50,361 bases of DNA from positions 75,122-125,482 of the forward strand of contig NW_005434601.1 of NCBI RefSeq assembly GCF_000315625.1, in the 5' to 3' direction. Below the pieces are notes generated by a model, which had not been told where the DNA came from, ran no database searches, and saw only the letters and a list, made by a program, of their open reading frames with translations. Source of the DNA: Guillardia theta CCMP2712. Its lineage: Eukaryota > Protista > Cryptophyta. A program made the translations under genes and the position numbers. Each line of letters opens with the position of its first letter. The first letter of the stretch is position 1. This document shows positions 11,963-24,377 of this stretch, piece after piece.

Positions 11963-13520
11963 TTACATATGAATTCCCCTCTTGTCAAAGTGAGGCAAGG
12001 CTTGACGAAGCTTGTCTGCGCAGGTGTCTTGACACTGCAGGGAGGTGAGGAGAGGAGGAGAATAGTGACGATGATATCACCTTGACATACGATCCGATCT
12101 CGTCTGAGCCATCGCAACCTAGAACAAGTAAGACATTGAGCAAAGCCGCCACTCCCTCCCCTGCTCACAATCGCAAACTCCGTCCTTCACCCGGCTAGAG
12201 AAGATGTACATGTCCTCCTGCATCCCATGATACCTCCTCTTGCACTTGAACCTGCACAACCAGACCTCCGGGTCAGTCCAGCACTGTCGGAACTCCAAAG
12301 ATCCACATGGCAACCTGCCATTGACGCAGGCTGAGGTCTCTGAAAGGAGCGATCAAACGTCAGGTCAGAAGGCGCAGAAACAGCACTCATTGCCTGGCTC
12401 GTCGGTCCCGTCCACACAGTCACAGTAGTCGTCATTCACCTGCTCCAGGGTCAGGCAGGGGACATGTAGGCAGTCAGCCGGTTCTGTCTCGCACTTTGGA
12501 CATGTTCAGCTTCTGGTCTCCATCGCAAACAAAGACAGCAGTGTTGTCAATGATGCTTATAGGCTTGTGCTGCAAGTGACTCAGCGTCAGAACAGAGCTT
12601 CTAATGTTTCAAATGAACCTGAGCGAGGACAGCAGACGGAGGTGAAAGTTTTTGTTTGTGTGCCGCCTCAGGAGCTTCATCCCCTCCATGCTCACCTTCC
12701 ATGAGTTCATGCTGCAGTCAACACAGTTACAAAGAGTACCTGCTCTATCCTTCTGCTCTGACACGCCGGAGGGACGGGAGTCAGAGGGAGGAGGAGTTCT
12801 GTGAAGGGACTGTGCAGGCGACATGTCAGAACCAACCAATTCAGCTCTCATCTCTATCAGCACCGGCCAAATCTTCTTCGAAAACTTGAGCGCCTTGTTC
12901 ATCCCTTGACTGCAAACATTCGCACTCTTGTTTCATGCGCAAGCAACAAATTTACTCCATCGTTTCGTAGGGCTGCCGCTCGTTCCCCCCATGCTTATCT
13001 CCTGCCATTCCACAATCACGGGACCCGCTAAGATCTCGGAGGTCGACAGACCTGCATTGTTCCTCTTCAGATCTTGATGGCTCCCTCGCACAAATGTGCT
13101 CTTGTTCCTGCTCACGTATGCGCACGTCAGCACGAGGCGGATGACAACATCATTCGTCACACCCCCAGAATCCGAAGCCTTTCCTGTGCTCCACGTCGCT
13201 AAAGTCGAGGATGTTGAGGAAGTGCCCATAGAAAGTGCCCAACAAGACTGCAGTTCGCTCCTGAGTTCTCAGAAGTCCGGGCAGCAGACGACTTTCTCAC
13301 CGAAGAACAGAACGATGCAGAGGATTGAGGAGAGATACAAGGGAGTGAGCAACCCCAGAACGACCTTCTTCCACCGCACCCTCCACTTCTTCCGCACTTG
13401 ACTCGCCTACAAGTCCCGTCATGCACGGAGGCAACACAGTGGACGCTGCAAGGGTTTTTCCTGGTACAAGAAAGTATTCCTCGCGGGGGAGCGGATATGT
13501 GGCAAGATTGGTGCAACCAT
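11963..13520 (-). CDS. Glucosidase II beta subunit-like (PRKCSH-like, LDLa-type) domain protein with N-terminal TM anchor; 5' end uncertain
   Basis: Spliced C-terminal exons give [33 protein letters not shown]...IFSSRVKDGVCDCCDGSDE...CQDTC, the PRKCSH N-terminal domain signature; stop TAA at 11963-11965. Upstream exons give KKWRVRWKKVVLGLLTPLYLSSILCIVLFFVLLGTFY (TM). Confidence 0.8.
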
Positions 13521-14358
13521 CGGAATCCTTTGCCTTGAGGTCAGTTGCTCTTCATTACAACACTAGTTCGAGTAACAAACAATGTCAGTAAAGAGGGATA
13601 GAGTGAACATGTAGGCAGCAGTATAACCCGTTGAATGTTCATCAGCCTTTGCCACCTGTATGGTTTGCTAGCAATCATCCTCTCACAACTTTTCTGCCTT
13701 CATTCTCATGCTTGCCCTCTGATTGTCTTTCTACTTGATGTCTCGTTATCCTGTTCCGTGGAGCCTCCGACCTCACCTTCTCTCTCCTTCCCTCCCTCCC
13801 TCCCTTCCCCCCTTGCCCTCCCCCCCTCACCCTCCCCCCTTCTCCCCCGCTCTCCCTCTCCCTCCCTCCCTCCCTCCCTCCCTCCCTCTCTCTCTCTCCA
13901 TCTTCTCTACGCTCTCTATCACTCTTCATTTCATCTCACTTCTCCTCCCCTCCTCTCTCCGTCGTCTCTCCTCGCCATATCCCCGCGCTATTGCTCGTTC
14001 GGCCATCGTCACCTTGTTGAACCCCGACTTGCTAGGATGAACTAAAACTATTTATTATATTGTACCGTATGAAACTTAAAACATTTATTTTGAAGTATTC
14101 AGTAGTTGTTGGGTTCATTGGGTTACAAATTTTAGTACCAAATATGTAATATTCCGGATCTCTTGTACTGATAGGATCTAAATTTAACTATATTTAACAA
14201 AATTTATCATATGAGTAAAACAGTTGCAACCCCCATCCCAGTGAGTCGCTTCTCGCCAAATGCTGAGAGTTTCGGATTGCTCCTCCTCCTCCTCCTCCTC
14301 CTCCTCCTCCTCCTCCTCCTCCTCTCTCCCACTGAGCTCTTCCCGTACCAGCATCAGA

Positions 14359-15053
14359 ATGTCCATTTTGCTCCTCCTCGGCTGCATCCTGTCCGCCATC
14401 TCGCCTACACTGGGCAATGATGTACACCCCCCACACTTCTCGGCTGTGCTCAGGAGCAGGAGTTTGGAGAACTTCGTTCCTTCAGAGCTTCGAGACAGCA
14501 ATGGCGTTCCTCGTATATCGGATCTGCCTGCAGGAGGACTTGACTCCGTGCTCCGCCCTGCGGCCTTTCGGTTAGGGCTCAAGGAAGATTTCTGCGGACG
14601 ATGTCTTACCCCCCAGCCAGGAGTTCCTAAGATCCTGCATGAAGCAAATTTGATCCGCTGGGTGCATCCCGACACGGATGTAGATGTGAGTCTCTGGTAC
14701 ACACCATTGTTCGACCAAGATGATACCAGCCAGCAAGCTGGGTTATCCATTGAAGGCGTCTATTCTCGAAGGAAGTACAACTTCGAGAAGCAGTATGAGA
14801 AGGCGGAGCATGAGAACCCATGGAACCCTGTCATTCCCCTTTCAACTGAGATGACTCCGGGACGTATCTCCACCTTCGGCTCCTGGAGAAAGTACGGCAT
14901 GGACAAAGAGCACAACGCCGAAACAGATCACTCAAACGGCCATCTATTAGTATCTGACGTTGAGCGCGTGCTGATGGAGGCTATTGAAGGCAAGTAACAA
15001 TCTTAAGTGGGATTCTAGTGGCCTTGTGGACGACAGATTGGTGTACAAGGTGA
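14359..15053 (+). CDS. Secreted protein of unknown function
   Basis: ATG at 14359 with signal peptide MSILLLLGCILSAISPTLG and a ~210-codon exon. A probable GC-AG intron (14990-15036) leads to ...AIEDWCTR*. Confidence 0.65.
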
Positions 15054-15181
15054 CCTCACGGACACGAATCGAAAAAGTGGATCAGATCTCGTTGATTATC
15101 AAAATGCATTTCTATCTGCGCGTTGGAAACGTAGCGATTGCAAAAGGAAACATCCATCCGGAAGATTTGGTGGATGCGGAG

Positions 15182-16296
15182 TCAAGCAGCCCATCTTGGA
15201 TTCCATTCACCACTGTTCATACGTTGAACGCGGTAAGATGAGAAATCTATTGTTGCCTTGGAGCCCTACCGAAATCGTGTGAATGATTCAACTGCAGCAA
15301 TAGTTGCTCTACCTGATATCTTGTTAATCGAATCCTGGACTTGAACTTTTGTGTCACACTTCCTCTGTATCCTGCCTTGCTGATGAGGCTGGAGATGCAT
15401 TCTTCTTGGGACCACCCTTCCATGGCACACCATCAAACCCAACGTACACCTCCTGAAGAACTTTGTAACCTTGCTCCGAGCACACGGAAGGGAGGTAGGT
15501 AGCAGAGTATCTCTCGCCGCGATCATCCTCGAATTCGATGATGATTCCATGCTTTCCAATCTGATGAGAGATCACTTTTCGCAACCATGAGATTGGACAA
15601 GGTAAACCTGCCAGTCCAGATAGTCGCGTCCGTCTTCGTAGTTGTGAAGTAGCGTGACACTGCACTCGAGCAGTCGAACCTGTCGCATTTCGCCGTCAGA
15701 CACATCAGCTGTCTGAAGCCGTTGCAACAAAAGGGACCTCCTGTGCAGAGATTGGAGCAAACCTATCATGCATGATAAGATGCGCCATCGAAAGAAAACG
15801 AGGTACAAAAAAGTACCTACGATCGCTGAAAGCGCTCACAGACGCATACTTCCTCACACCTGAGAGACACTTGAGATGCTTGCAGAGAGCGATGGTTGTA
15901 ATGCATATCGAGCAAAGAACTCACCCTCGTGCAGATCCATGGCCGAAAGATTCCCTATACATCCACGAAGCGAACTGCCGCTTCTAACAAGAGACATCAT
16001 TGATTCCAAGTCCTTCACAACGGCGTTCGCACATACCCTCTTGAATCCGCTTTGTTCCATGTCACAAACAAGGGACTGGCGACAAGTCACGCCCTTCAAT
16101 CACTCTCCTCATGACTCACTACGAGCCAGTCTTGAACTTCGGCGCAGGAACGGGGGTGCGGAATAACTCCGCCAAAATCACGTCAAAACAGAATCGGCAT
16201 TGTTCCTCGAGCGAATCCTTTGCTGAGAGATCTATTAGTGCATCATATACCCGCAAGGCACGGACAACCGATTGGTTCCAACTGCTCTAGTGACAT
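15182..16296 (-). CDS. AMMECR1: AMMECR1 family protein
   Basis: Spliced exons contain CRFCFDVI, YPLFVTWNK, the family motif LRGCIG, CSVTLLHNYE...DYLDWQIGKHGIIIEF...SATYLPSVCSEQG, ISSLISKAGY and LTRYQGSK. Confidence 0.92.
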
Positions 16297-16989
16297 GGCC
16301 CGGGCTGAAAAATGTTTCCCTGAGAAAGTTGGTGATTAATGTTGTGTTCATGATAAGAGAAGTTGTACGCAATCGTGTGAAAGTGCCTGCTTTACAGATA
16401 TACTAGCTCATACTTCCATCGGAGCATTCTAGTTCATGATTCCCCTGCATCTCGGCCCCACATGAATCAAACAGTCTCACCGGAAAACCACACGCACAAA
16501 CAACAATTCTTCCTCGGGTGCAAGTGAGGAGTAATACTGGAATTCATCGGACGTAACAATGGTCTGCGATGAATTTCGTATCTTCTGCCTCCTTCCTCCT
16601 CCTCTCTCCTCCCCCTCCCCTCGGGTTTGTCTTGCAACTTGTCCCCGACATTGCAGGGGGCGCACAGGGTAAGGTCAGAGAGGGGATGAGGTGCAGATGA
16701 GGTGTGGATCGATGGGGGGTCAGAGAGGGGATGCGGTATGGGTCGATGGGGGGAGGTGGTCCCTCTCATTCCCACTTTGGCTCCAACGGCTGGAAGTCAT
16801 ATTATTGGGGGGTAGGGGTACTATTCATATTGCAGAGGGACGGGTGGGGTGTTACCCATGGGGGTGGTCGCATGCTTTTCCTCTCTATGATTCTCTTTTG
16901 ATTATTCAGAATGATGGAATTTTTGGGGGGTAGGGGTACAGTGTGATTTTATGGTGGGTGGGGTACATGATACGAGGGGGTGGGTGCCT

Positions 16990-17290
16990 TTAGCTAATAT
17001 GCTCCTCGTATGAACTGAAGTCGTAGTAGTCCATGCTGCTGCTGAGAGGAGTCAGAGAGCTGGCGAGCTCACGCTTGCTGACTCGCCTTCCGTTGGTCGT
17101 GCTCGTGCCTGCGAGCGATACGTCAGACCTGACGTCTGACGGCTGCTGCTCTGAATCCATGGGCTCCAGCTTCAAAACGCCCTTGCGAACGATGCGGAGC
17201 AGTTCCTCGGCCGATTCTTGCAAGCTCTTTCCACTGGAACAAGAGCAGATGGTCAGGTCAACACGGTGAGCAGAAGGAATGAAGAAGGAA
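16990..17290 (-). pseudogene. Partial duplicate of exon 2 (with upstream acceptor/branch region) of the 19650-21453 gene, truncated by a new 3' end
   Basis: ~17030-17290 is near-identical to ~20760-21020 (only a few substitutions: SDVRS vs SDFRS, LTPL vs LTTL). It then diverges into MDYYDFSSYEEHIS*. Confidence 0.8.
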
Positions 17291-18163
17291 GGAGAGGGTT
17301 AGGGAGGAAGAGGCAGAGGCAGAGGGAAAGAGGGGGGGAGTGGGAGAGGGAGAGGGAGAGGGTTGGGGAGGGGAGAGAGGGGGTAGGGAGAGAGGGAGGA
17401 GGGGGGAGGAGGGGAGGGAGGGGGGGGAGAGGGAGAGAGGGAGGGAGGTGAGGTGAGGAGGGAGGTGAGGTGAGGTGAGGTGAGGAGGGAGGTGGAGGGG
17501 AGAGTCGGGCACCAAGGAACAGATGAGCGTGGAGCGATGGGTAGGGGAGAGCAAGGGAAGAAAAGAGCAGGGCTGAAGTTGGGAGAAGAGAGCTTTAAGT
17601 TGAGATGAGTGAACGAGATCGGAGGAAGCGATGGGAGAGGAGTTTGCAGAGAGGAGGCAAGAAGAAAGGAGGCTACGGAGGGTGCAAGGAACAAATAGAT
17701 GAAGGAGTGGAATGTCAAACGTATCTCGGGCTGAAAGGATATCAAGATCGTTGTTTTCTTCCTCTCTATCTCACTCCGGATACTCTTGATTCCTCCTTCT
17801 GCTGCTCGAATTTCATCATTGAAAGGATCCATCAGACCCTTTCATTCCAACTCAGCGCGTTATCTTCTCCCCTCTTAGCTTCTACACAAGACTAGCTTCC
17901 TTTCCTCCCTTCTTCGTTGCCTTCCGTTGTTTGCCTTTCCCATTGCTACCACAGCACAGACTGAGATATCCCTCCCTTATTGATGACATCGTTGTATGAT
18001 TTTCGTTTTGTACTCCTGACATCTGCATCTGCATCTTGCTTTCTCCGCTGTTGTTTTCCATAACGAGTCAACTTATCTACCCTCAAAGATTGACTGTTGT
18101 ACAAGATCGTTCGAAACAAGATCCCATCTCCATAGCTGCCGTGTAGCCTGCGATTCGAATAAG

Positions 18164-19165
<1,002 letters not shown>

Positions 19166-19649
19166 AACACTCGTAATAGTTTCCAGATGATTCTTCTTGA
19201 ACGCTGCAAAGTCGTAATCTGCGCCTTGAGAGAGATTCCGAGACAGAAAGAAATATGATAGAATGTTTTTCACTATCAGGGGAAGGCAGCAACATCGCAA
19301 CCTTCGTAGCAGAGTTAGAAAGAGGTAGACAGATGTCAAGTTGTAAGGAGATGCAGACAGTCTGTGCTGGTTCTACTGGATATGGCCAAGGGGGAGAGAG
19401 TGCGAGGTCAAGTGGACTGAAGTTTTCATTCGCTTCTCCTTTCACTCAAGAGAGTCAAGACTGGAGGATTGATGTTCAGATCAGCGTCAGGAGCGAGGTA
19501 GACATGTAGAATACTGAAAGGCGATACTTGAGACGAAACTTCAAAGTCAGTCGCTCCGGCACCGGCCCGGCCGGACGACTGCTACCCGCCGGCTCTTGCG
19601 ACTCGGACAACTTAGTCTTTCACTTGAATGCTTCTGGGGGCGACAAGCG

Positions 19650-21453
19650 TCACAAAACATCCTCACTCGTCATGGGCGACAGACCAGACAGCGCGGCATC
19701 GACAGCAGTCTTGACAGCATCAGCTGCTGCCTGCTATCACCCCGCTCAGTCCTCTCCTCATATACACACATCCCTCCTACCTTGATCGCTTCCGGGTCAT
19801 CGTTTCCCTCAGTACGCTGCAAGCTCGTCAGGGGGCAGCACAAGGAGAACTAAACTTCGCACAAGCTTCTTGGATGAGTTTCTTCTCTGGAGGATAGTAG
19901 GCTTCCCTCCTTTGCTGCCATTTCCTCCCGGCGCTTCCGCTGACGGGGCGTCAGTGGTAGGAGAGGAGGAGGGCGATGTAGGAGGGCTATCACCATTGAG
20001 CTGAACTTGGGGAGTCTCGCCGTGAACTTCCGAGCTGCTAACCTGCACGTGGGTGAGAAAGGAACGAGTCGAGAGCGAGACCCACAGCGAGCGAGGGGAG
20101 GGTGGGCAAAGTCTGCTCGTCCTGCTCGTCCTGATCGTCGTCATGAGGTTCGTCAACCTGCATGGGGGTTCAGGGAGCCCTCAAGCTTCTCAGCCTCCTC
20201 CCTCACCTCCTTGCGTTTTCTGAAGCTGTTGCTGCGCCTTGCCAGCAAGCCTTGCTTCCCCTTCTTGGCTGTGACATGGCCAGGGTGAGCACGAAACCAC
20301 ATCGACAGGCATGGGAGGGGAACCTTCGGAGCTCGGACTCTCCAGCAGAGGCTGTTCCAGCACAGTCTCCTTCCCCTTGATGAAAGAAGCTGCTGTCGCT
20401 GTGGTCAGCTGGTCGTTCTCTACCTTGCTCTTTCTCCGATTAAAGATGGAAGCCCGGTCGCTCGAGTCAGCACCGAGGTTCAAATTGGACGGCGACTCTC
20501 CTGCGATCTCGTATGCTGTTACTGTCATGATCACGGCGTCTTCGAGCTCGTCGGAACTTTCTACTGGGTTGCTGAGCTGCACCACAGGCGCGTTTGCGGC
20601 CGTCGGTGTGTTCCTATTGCTTCTTCGTCCGAGCAGCGTGTTGGTTTCTTCCTTGCCAAGGTTGAGGGTCGGTGACTGCCCGTCGAGCTGGGCAGCAGAA
20701 ACAGCGAGAGAGCCGGGTGTGAAGAGCTCCTCATCGTTAGCTCCGTGCATGGAGTTGAAGTCCATGCTGCTGCTGAGAGTGGTCAGAGAGCTGGCGAGCT
20801 CACGCTTGCTGACTCGCCTTCCGTTGGTCGTGCTCGTGCCTGCGAGCGACACGTCAGACCTGAAGTCTGACGGCTGCTGCTCTGAATCCATGGGCTCCAG
20901 CTTCAAAACGCCCTTGCGAACGATGCGGAGCAGTTCCTCGGCCGATTCTTGCAAGCTCTTTCCACTGGAACAAGAGCAGATGGTCAGGTCAACACGGTGA
21001 GCAGAAGGAATGAAGAAGGAAAGAGAGGGTTGGGAGGAAGAGGCGAGAGGCAGAGGGAAAGAGGGGGGGGGAAGGGCAGAGGGAGAGGGAAAGAGGGAGG
21101 GAGAGGGAGAGGGAGGGAGAGGGAGAGGGAGACGGGGAGGGAGAGAGACAAGGGGGGGAGAGAGAGAGGGAGGGGAGGGGGGGGGAAGGGAGAGAGAGAG
21201 GGAGAGGGAGAGGGAGAGGGTCGGAAAGGGGGGTGGGGAGAGAGGGAGAGGGGGGGGGCGCCGGGAGAGGGAGAGGGAGAGGGAGAGGGAGAGGGAGAGG
21301 GAGAGGGGCAGAAGAGTGGGGGAGTAACACTCACGTTATCGCCGAATACGTCGCAACTACTCCAAAAACTGCGGTGCTGGTGATGGCTCCGATTTTTATC
21401 AATCGGCCAAACATCGAAAAGTCTTGCTCCTCGCCCTGTTCTGTTTCCTTCAT
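19650..21453 (-). CDS. Unknown protein: N-terminal hydrophobic anchor followed by a long Ser/acidic/basic low-complexity region
   Basis: Exon 1 (21453-21335) MKETEQGEEQDFSMFGRLIKIGAITSTAVFGVVATYSAI joins in phase 2 to the exon starting at 20964 (TGKSLQESAEELLRIVRKG...). Further short GT-AG introns lead to a stop at 19650-19652. Confidence 0.7.
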
Positions 21454-22550
21454 CAATTCGAACGAGACAGTCTGCAAACACTGAGCCGCCACTCTCCTTC
21501 ATGCTCTTGTCGTCATGGCAGGCCATCTATTTCGACCTAACTAGTTCATCCCAGACCTATTCAACTTGTTTTTATTGACCCTCCTCATCGTTTCCTTGAG
21601 TATTTAGATAACTTTTCAAACTATCACGATCTTGATAGATCGTACCAGCATATTAACGCTCCAGCATTATCAATTTTCATAATTTCTCATGATTTAGTTG
21701 ATCTAACCTTCTTCGCAATCTATCACGATCTTGCAACCTCTTTCTCCACACAGTGTGATCAACTTCCAGCTCCATCCCCACTCTCATCAAATCTGTCATG
21801 CCTCCTCGCACGCCCTCTCGTTTCTACACTCCCATCATCCCCTATATAGAGCTCCTCTTCCTACTGGCACCATCATACCCCTTGGACCATCTCCCCCCCC
21901 CCTTCTCCCCCCTTTTCAATTATCCTTCCCTCTCTGTCCCTTTCCTTCTCCTGTGCCCCCTTTCTCTGATCTCCTCCACGTTTCCTCATTCTTCTCACCT
22001 CTTGAATTCCCCTCCAAATCTCTCTCTCCTGCTCTCCTGCTCTCCTTTTCCTCCTCCTTCTCGTCCTCCTCGTCCTCCTGCCCTCCTCTCCTCCTCCCAT
22101 GCTGCTCTCCTCGCCTTCACCCCGCTCGCTTGCCATCGTCGCTTCTCTACGCCAGAAATGAACTGCCTCGTCCCCACTCAGACCAAAATGAGGCAGAGAA
22201 TGAGGGGGATGAGTAAATAGCACTGCTCCGACTAATGAGCGTTGCGTCGTCACTCAGTCACATGTTTGACCATCATGAACTGAGGATGGGATACTAACAG
22301 CTGAAGTTGTGAGGACTGGGCAGCAATCAGCATGCAAAAGGAGGCCGGGAGGGGGGCAGATGCGACTCAGCACGGGCGGCAGCGAGTCGGAACATGCAGC
22401 AATGGAGCTGCCTCTTGCTCACTCTCAAACCTCAGCAACACTGATAAATTCAGATGTATTTACTATCTGTTAAAGGCAGTTGAAGTCTCAAATGGAGCCT
22501 GTCGTCACACAAAAATGCAGAAAAAAGCAACAAGACACTGTCACTGATGA

Positions 22551-23195
22551 TCACGCTATCGACAGGCGAACACCATCCAAACTGCCCACCAAGGCTCTCG
22601 ACTCAAACTCCAGCACTTAGATAACAGCTTCACTTGGTGCTGATCGTCAAGTTGCCGTAGGGATTCTCTGGTCCTGTCCAGGCGTTGGGAACTTCCCCTG
22701 ATCCCAATCCGGACGATGGCGGAGCAACGACGCCCCAGCCATGGCCAGTAGCGACCATGGGAGCAGGTCCTCTCCCGCACTGAGCTTGTCCTTGTAGAGC
22801 CCTCATCAGACCCAACAGCGCAGGCAGCGCAAGAGCACAGCAAAGTTACCGTTGAAGTTGCACTCTCCGCTCGACCAGCCCCCGGCGGGAGGTGCTGACC
22901 CCCTGCAGCAGGAGAGTGAGTGGCGGGAGGGCGGGCAACGGCAGCACGAACCAAGATCCGTGAGCACCGAGAGGAATCTTGGGTCCGAAGGGGTTGTTGG
23001 CTCCTACCCAGTTGTCGCCAGGATCCTTGGAGGTAGCAACGTCAGATATGCAGAAGCAGGTAGGGCACTCACAGCGTTGGGCTGCCAGCTGTTGTTGCTG
23101 GGCGTCCAGGTGTTGTAGTGCTCGTTCGGACCCAAAGGAACGTAAGAAGGGTTCTGAGCGAGCATGATGTGTGCATGGTATATAAGATCAAACAT
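22551..23195 (-). CDS. Small (~145 aa) Gly/Pro/Asn/Trp-rich protein of unknown function
   Basis: Five exons join in frame across four short GT-AG introns: MFDLIYHAHIMLAQNPSY...WQPNA|DPGDNWVGANNPFG...GSW|GSAPPAGGW...NG|QAQCG...AWTGPENPYGNLTISTN|LDGVRLSIA*. Confidence 0.6.
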
Positions 23196-23898
23196 GTTCT
23201 TTCCTGCAGTTTCTGATCAGTACATGGATGTGGATCTCCGGAGGAATGAGAACTTCTAACAAAAACAAACAGCTCAACAAAAGAGCGACAAGCATGCACG
23301 CTACTCGGTATCTGTAAAGACTTGGTACAAATTCTGCAGTCCACCTAGCACTGGTTTCATGGATTCAACTCGTTAAAATTGAGTTTGTTCTCTGGTTTGC
23401 ATTCCTCTACAATCTAAAACAAAAGCATGAAATCAAAGACGATTACATCTACCCGTTTGCTTCCTATCTCTCTCCTTCCCTCTGCCCATCTGTCTCAATC
23501 TCCCCCGCCCTCCTTGCTCCCCTTAGTTACATCTACCTCCTGCCTTTTGATGAATAGGATTGAATCGGATTGAACTAATGATCCATGCTCCCGCTCTGCG
23601 AAAGAGCAGGGCGATCAAGGAGCAAAGATAAGAGGAGGGGAGGAAGGAGGAGGGGGCAGGGAGCATGAGGACGAACGACATGCTCCAGCACGTTCAGCAT
23701 CTCAGCATGTCATGCCGGAGCGCAGAACAGCAGCGTTCTAAATCTGTTCATGGACTCAGGCCCTCAGACATAGTACTGGATCACCCCCAAAAATAAAATC
23801 TGAATAGGGGGTGGGGGTACAATGTGAATGAGCCCGCCGGGCCCGGCCCGGGCCGTGCCGCTGTGACTGAGTCTTGACTCCCAGGCGGCTGGCACTGA

Positions 23899-23948
23899 GT
23901 CGCACAGCCTGGCAGCCACACGGCGAGAAGAGAAAAGACAGCGAGAAC
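23899..23948 (+). repeat. Partial copy D of the dispersed element (tail segment)
   Basis: ACGGCGAGAAGAGAAAAGACAGCGAGAAC (23920-23948) is identical to 42761-42789 and is preceded by GTCGCACAG as in the other copies. It sits in CCGG-rich sequence. Confidence 0.8.
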
Positions 23949-24377
23949 TTCATGTGACAGTTCACTCAGTGACTGTCGCCGGAGTCGGACCGGGATCTCA
24001 GGCCGATGATCCGACGAGACGGGCCCGGCGGGCCGGGAGCCGCCGGCCCGGCGGCCCGGCGCCGGGATCAGAGGACAGCAACTATCACTTATTGCGGTTC
24101 CTATAGGCGAGAAGTGATAGAGAAGGGCAGCGCAAACTAGAGGCTGAACCATGCATGATTGGTGATGGTAGCGCGGCGAGAAGCAGAGGAGAGAGGAAGA
24201 GGAGGAGAGAGGGAGAGAAGGAGAGAGATAGAGGAAAACTAATGCAGAGAGGAGGAGAGAGGGAGAGAGGGAGGACGAGGAGAGGACGAGGGAGAGGGGG
24301 ATAGCAACTCTTGAGAGCCCCCCATTGTCGTGATGCCTGGAGGCGATGTCTGAAAGAAGACGAGGATTGAAGGAATC

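Noticed and set aside
13408-13462. Possible non-canonical GA-AG intron in the PRKCSH-like gene
   Set aside because: A nearby GT donor in another upstream frame explains the join equally well.
20984-21526. ORF starting MACHDDKSM as the first exon of the 19650-21453 gene
   Set aside because: Its phase does not fit exon 2; the frame starting at ATG 21453 joins correctly and gives a sensible TM segment.
24082-24125. CTATCACTT...AAGTGATAGAGA inverted repeat resembling a tet operator
   Set aside because: The spacing (21 nt) is wrong, the context is eukaryotic, and the segment looks like a diverged piece of the local repeat family.
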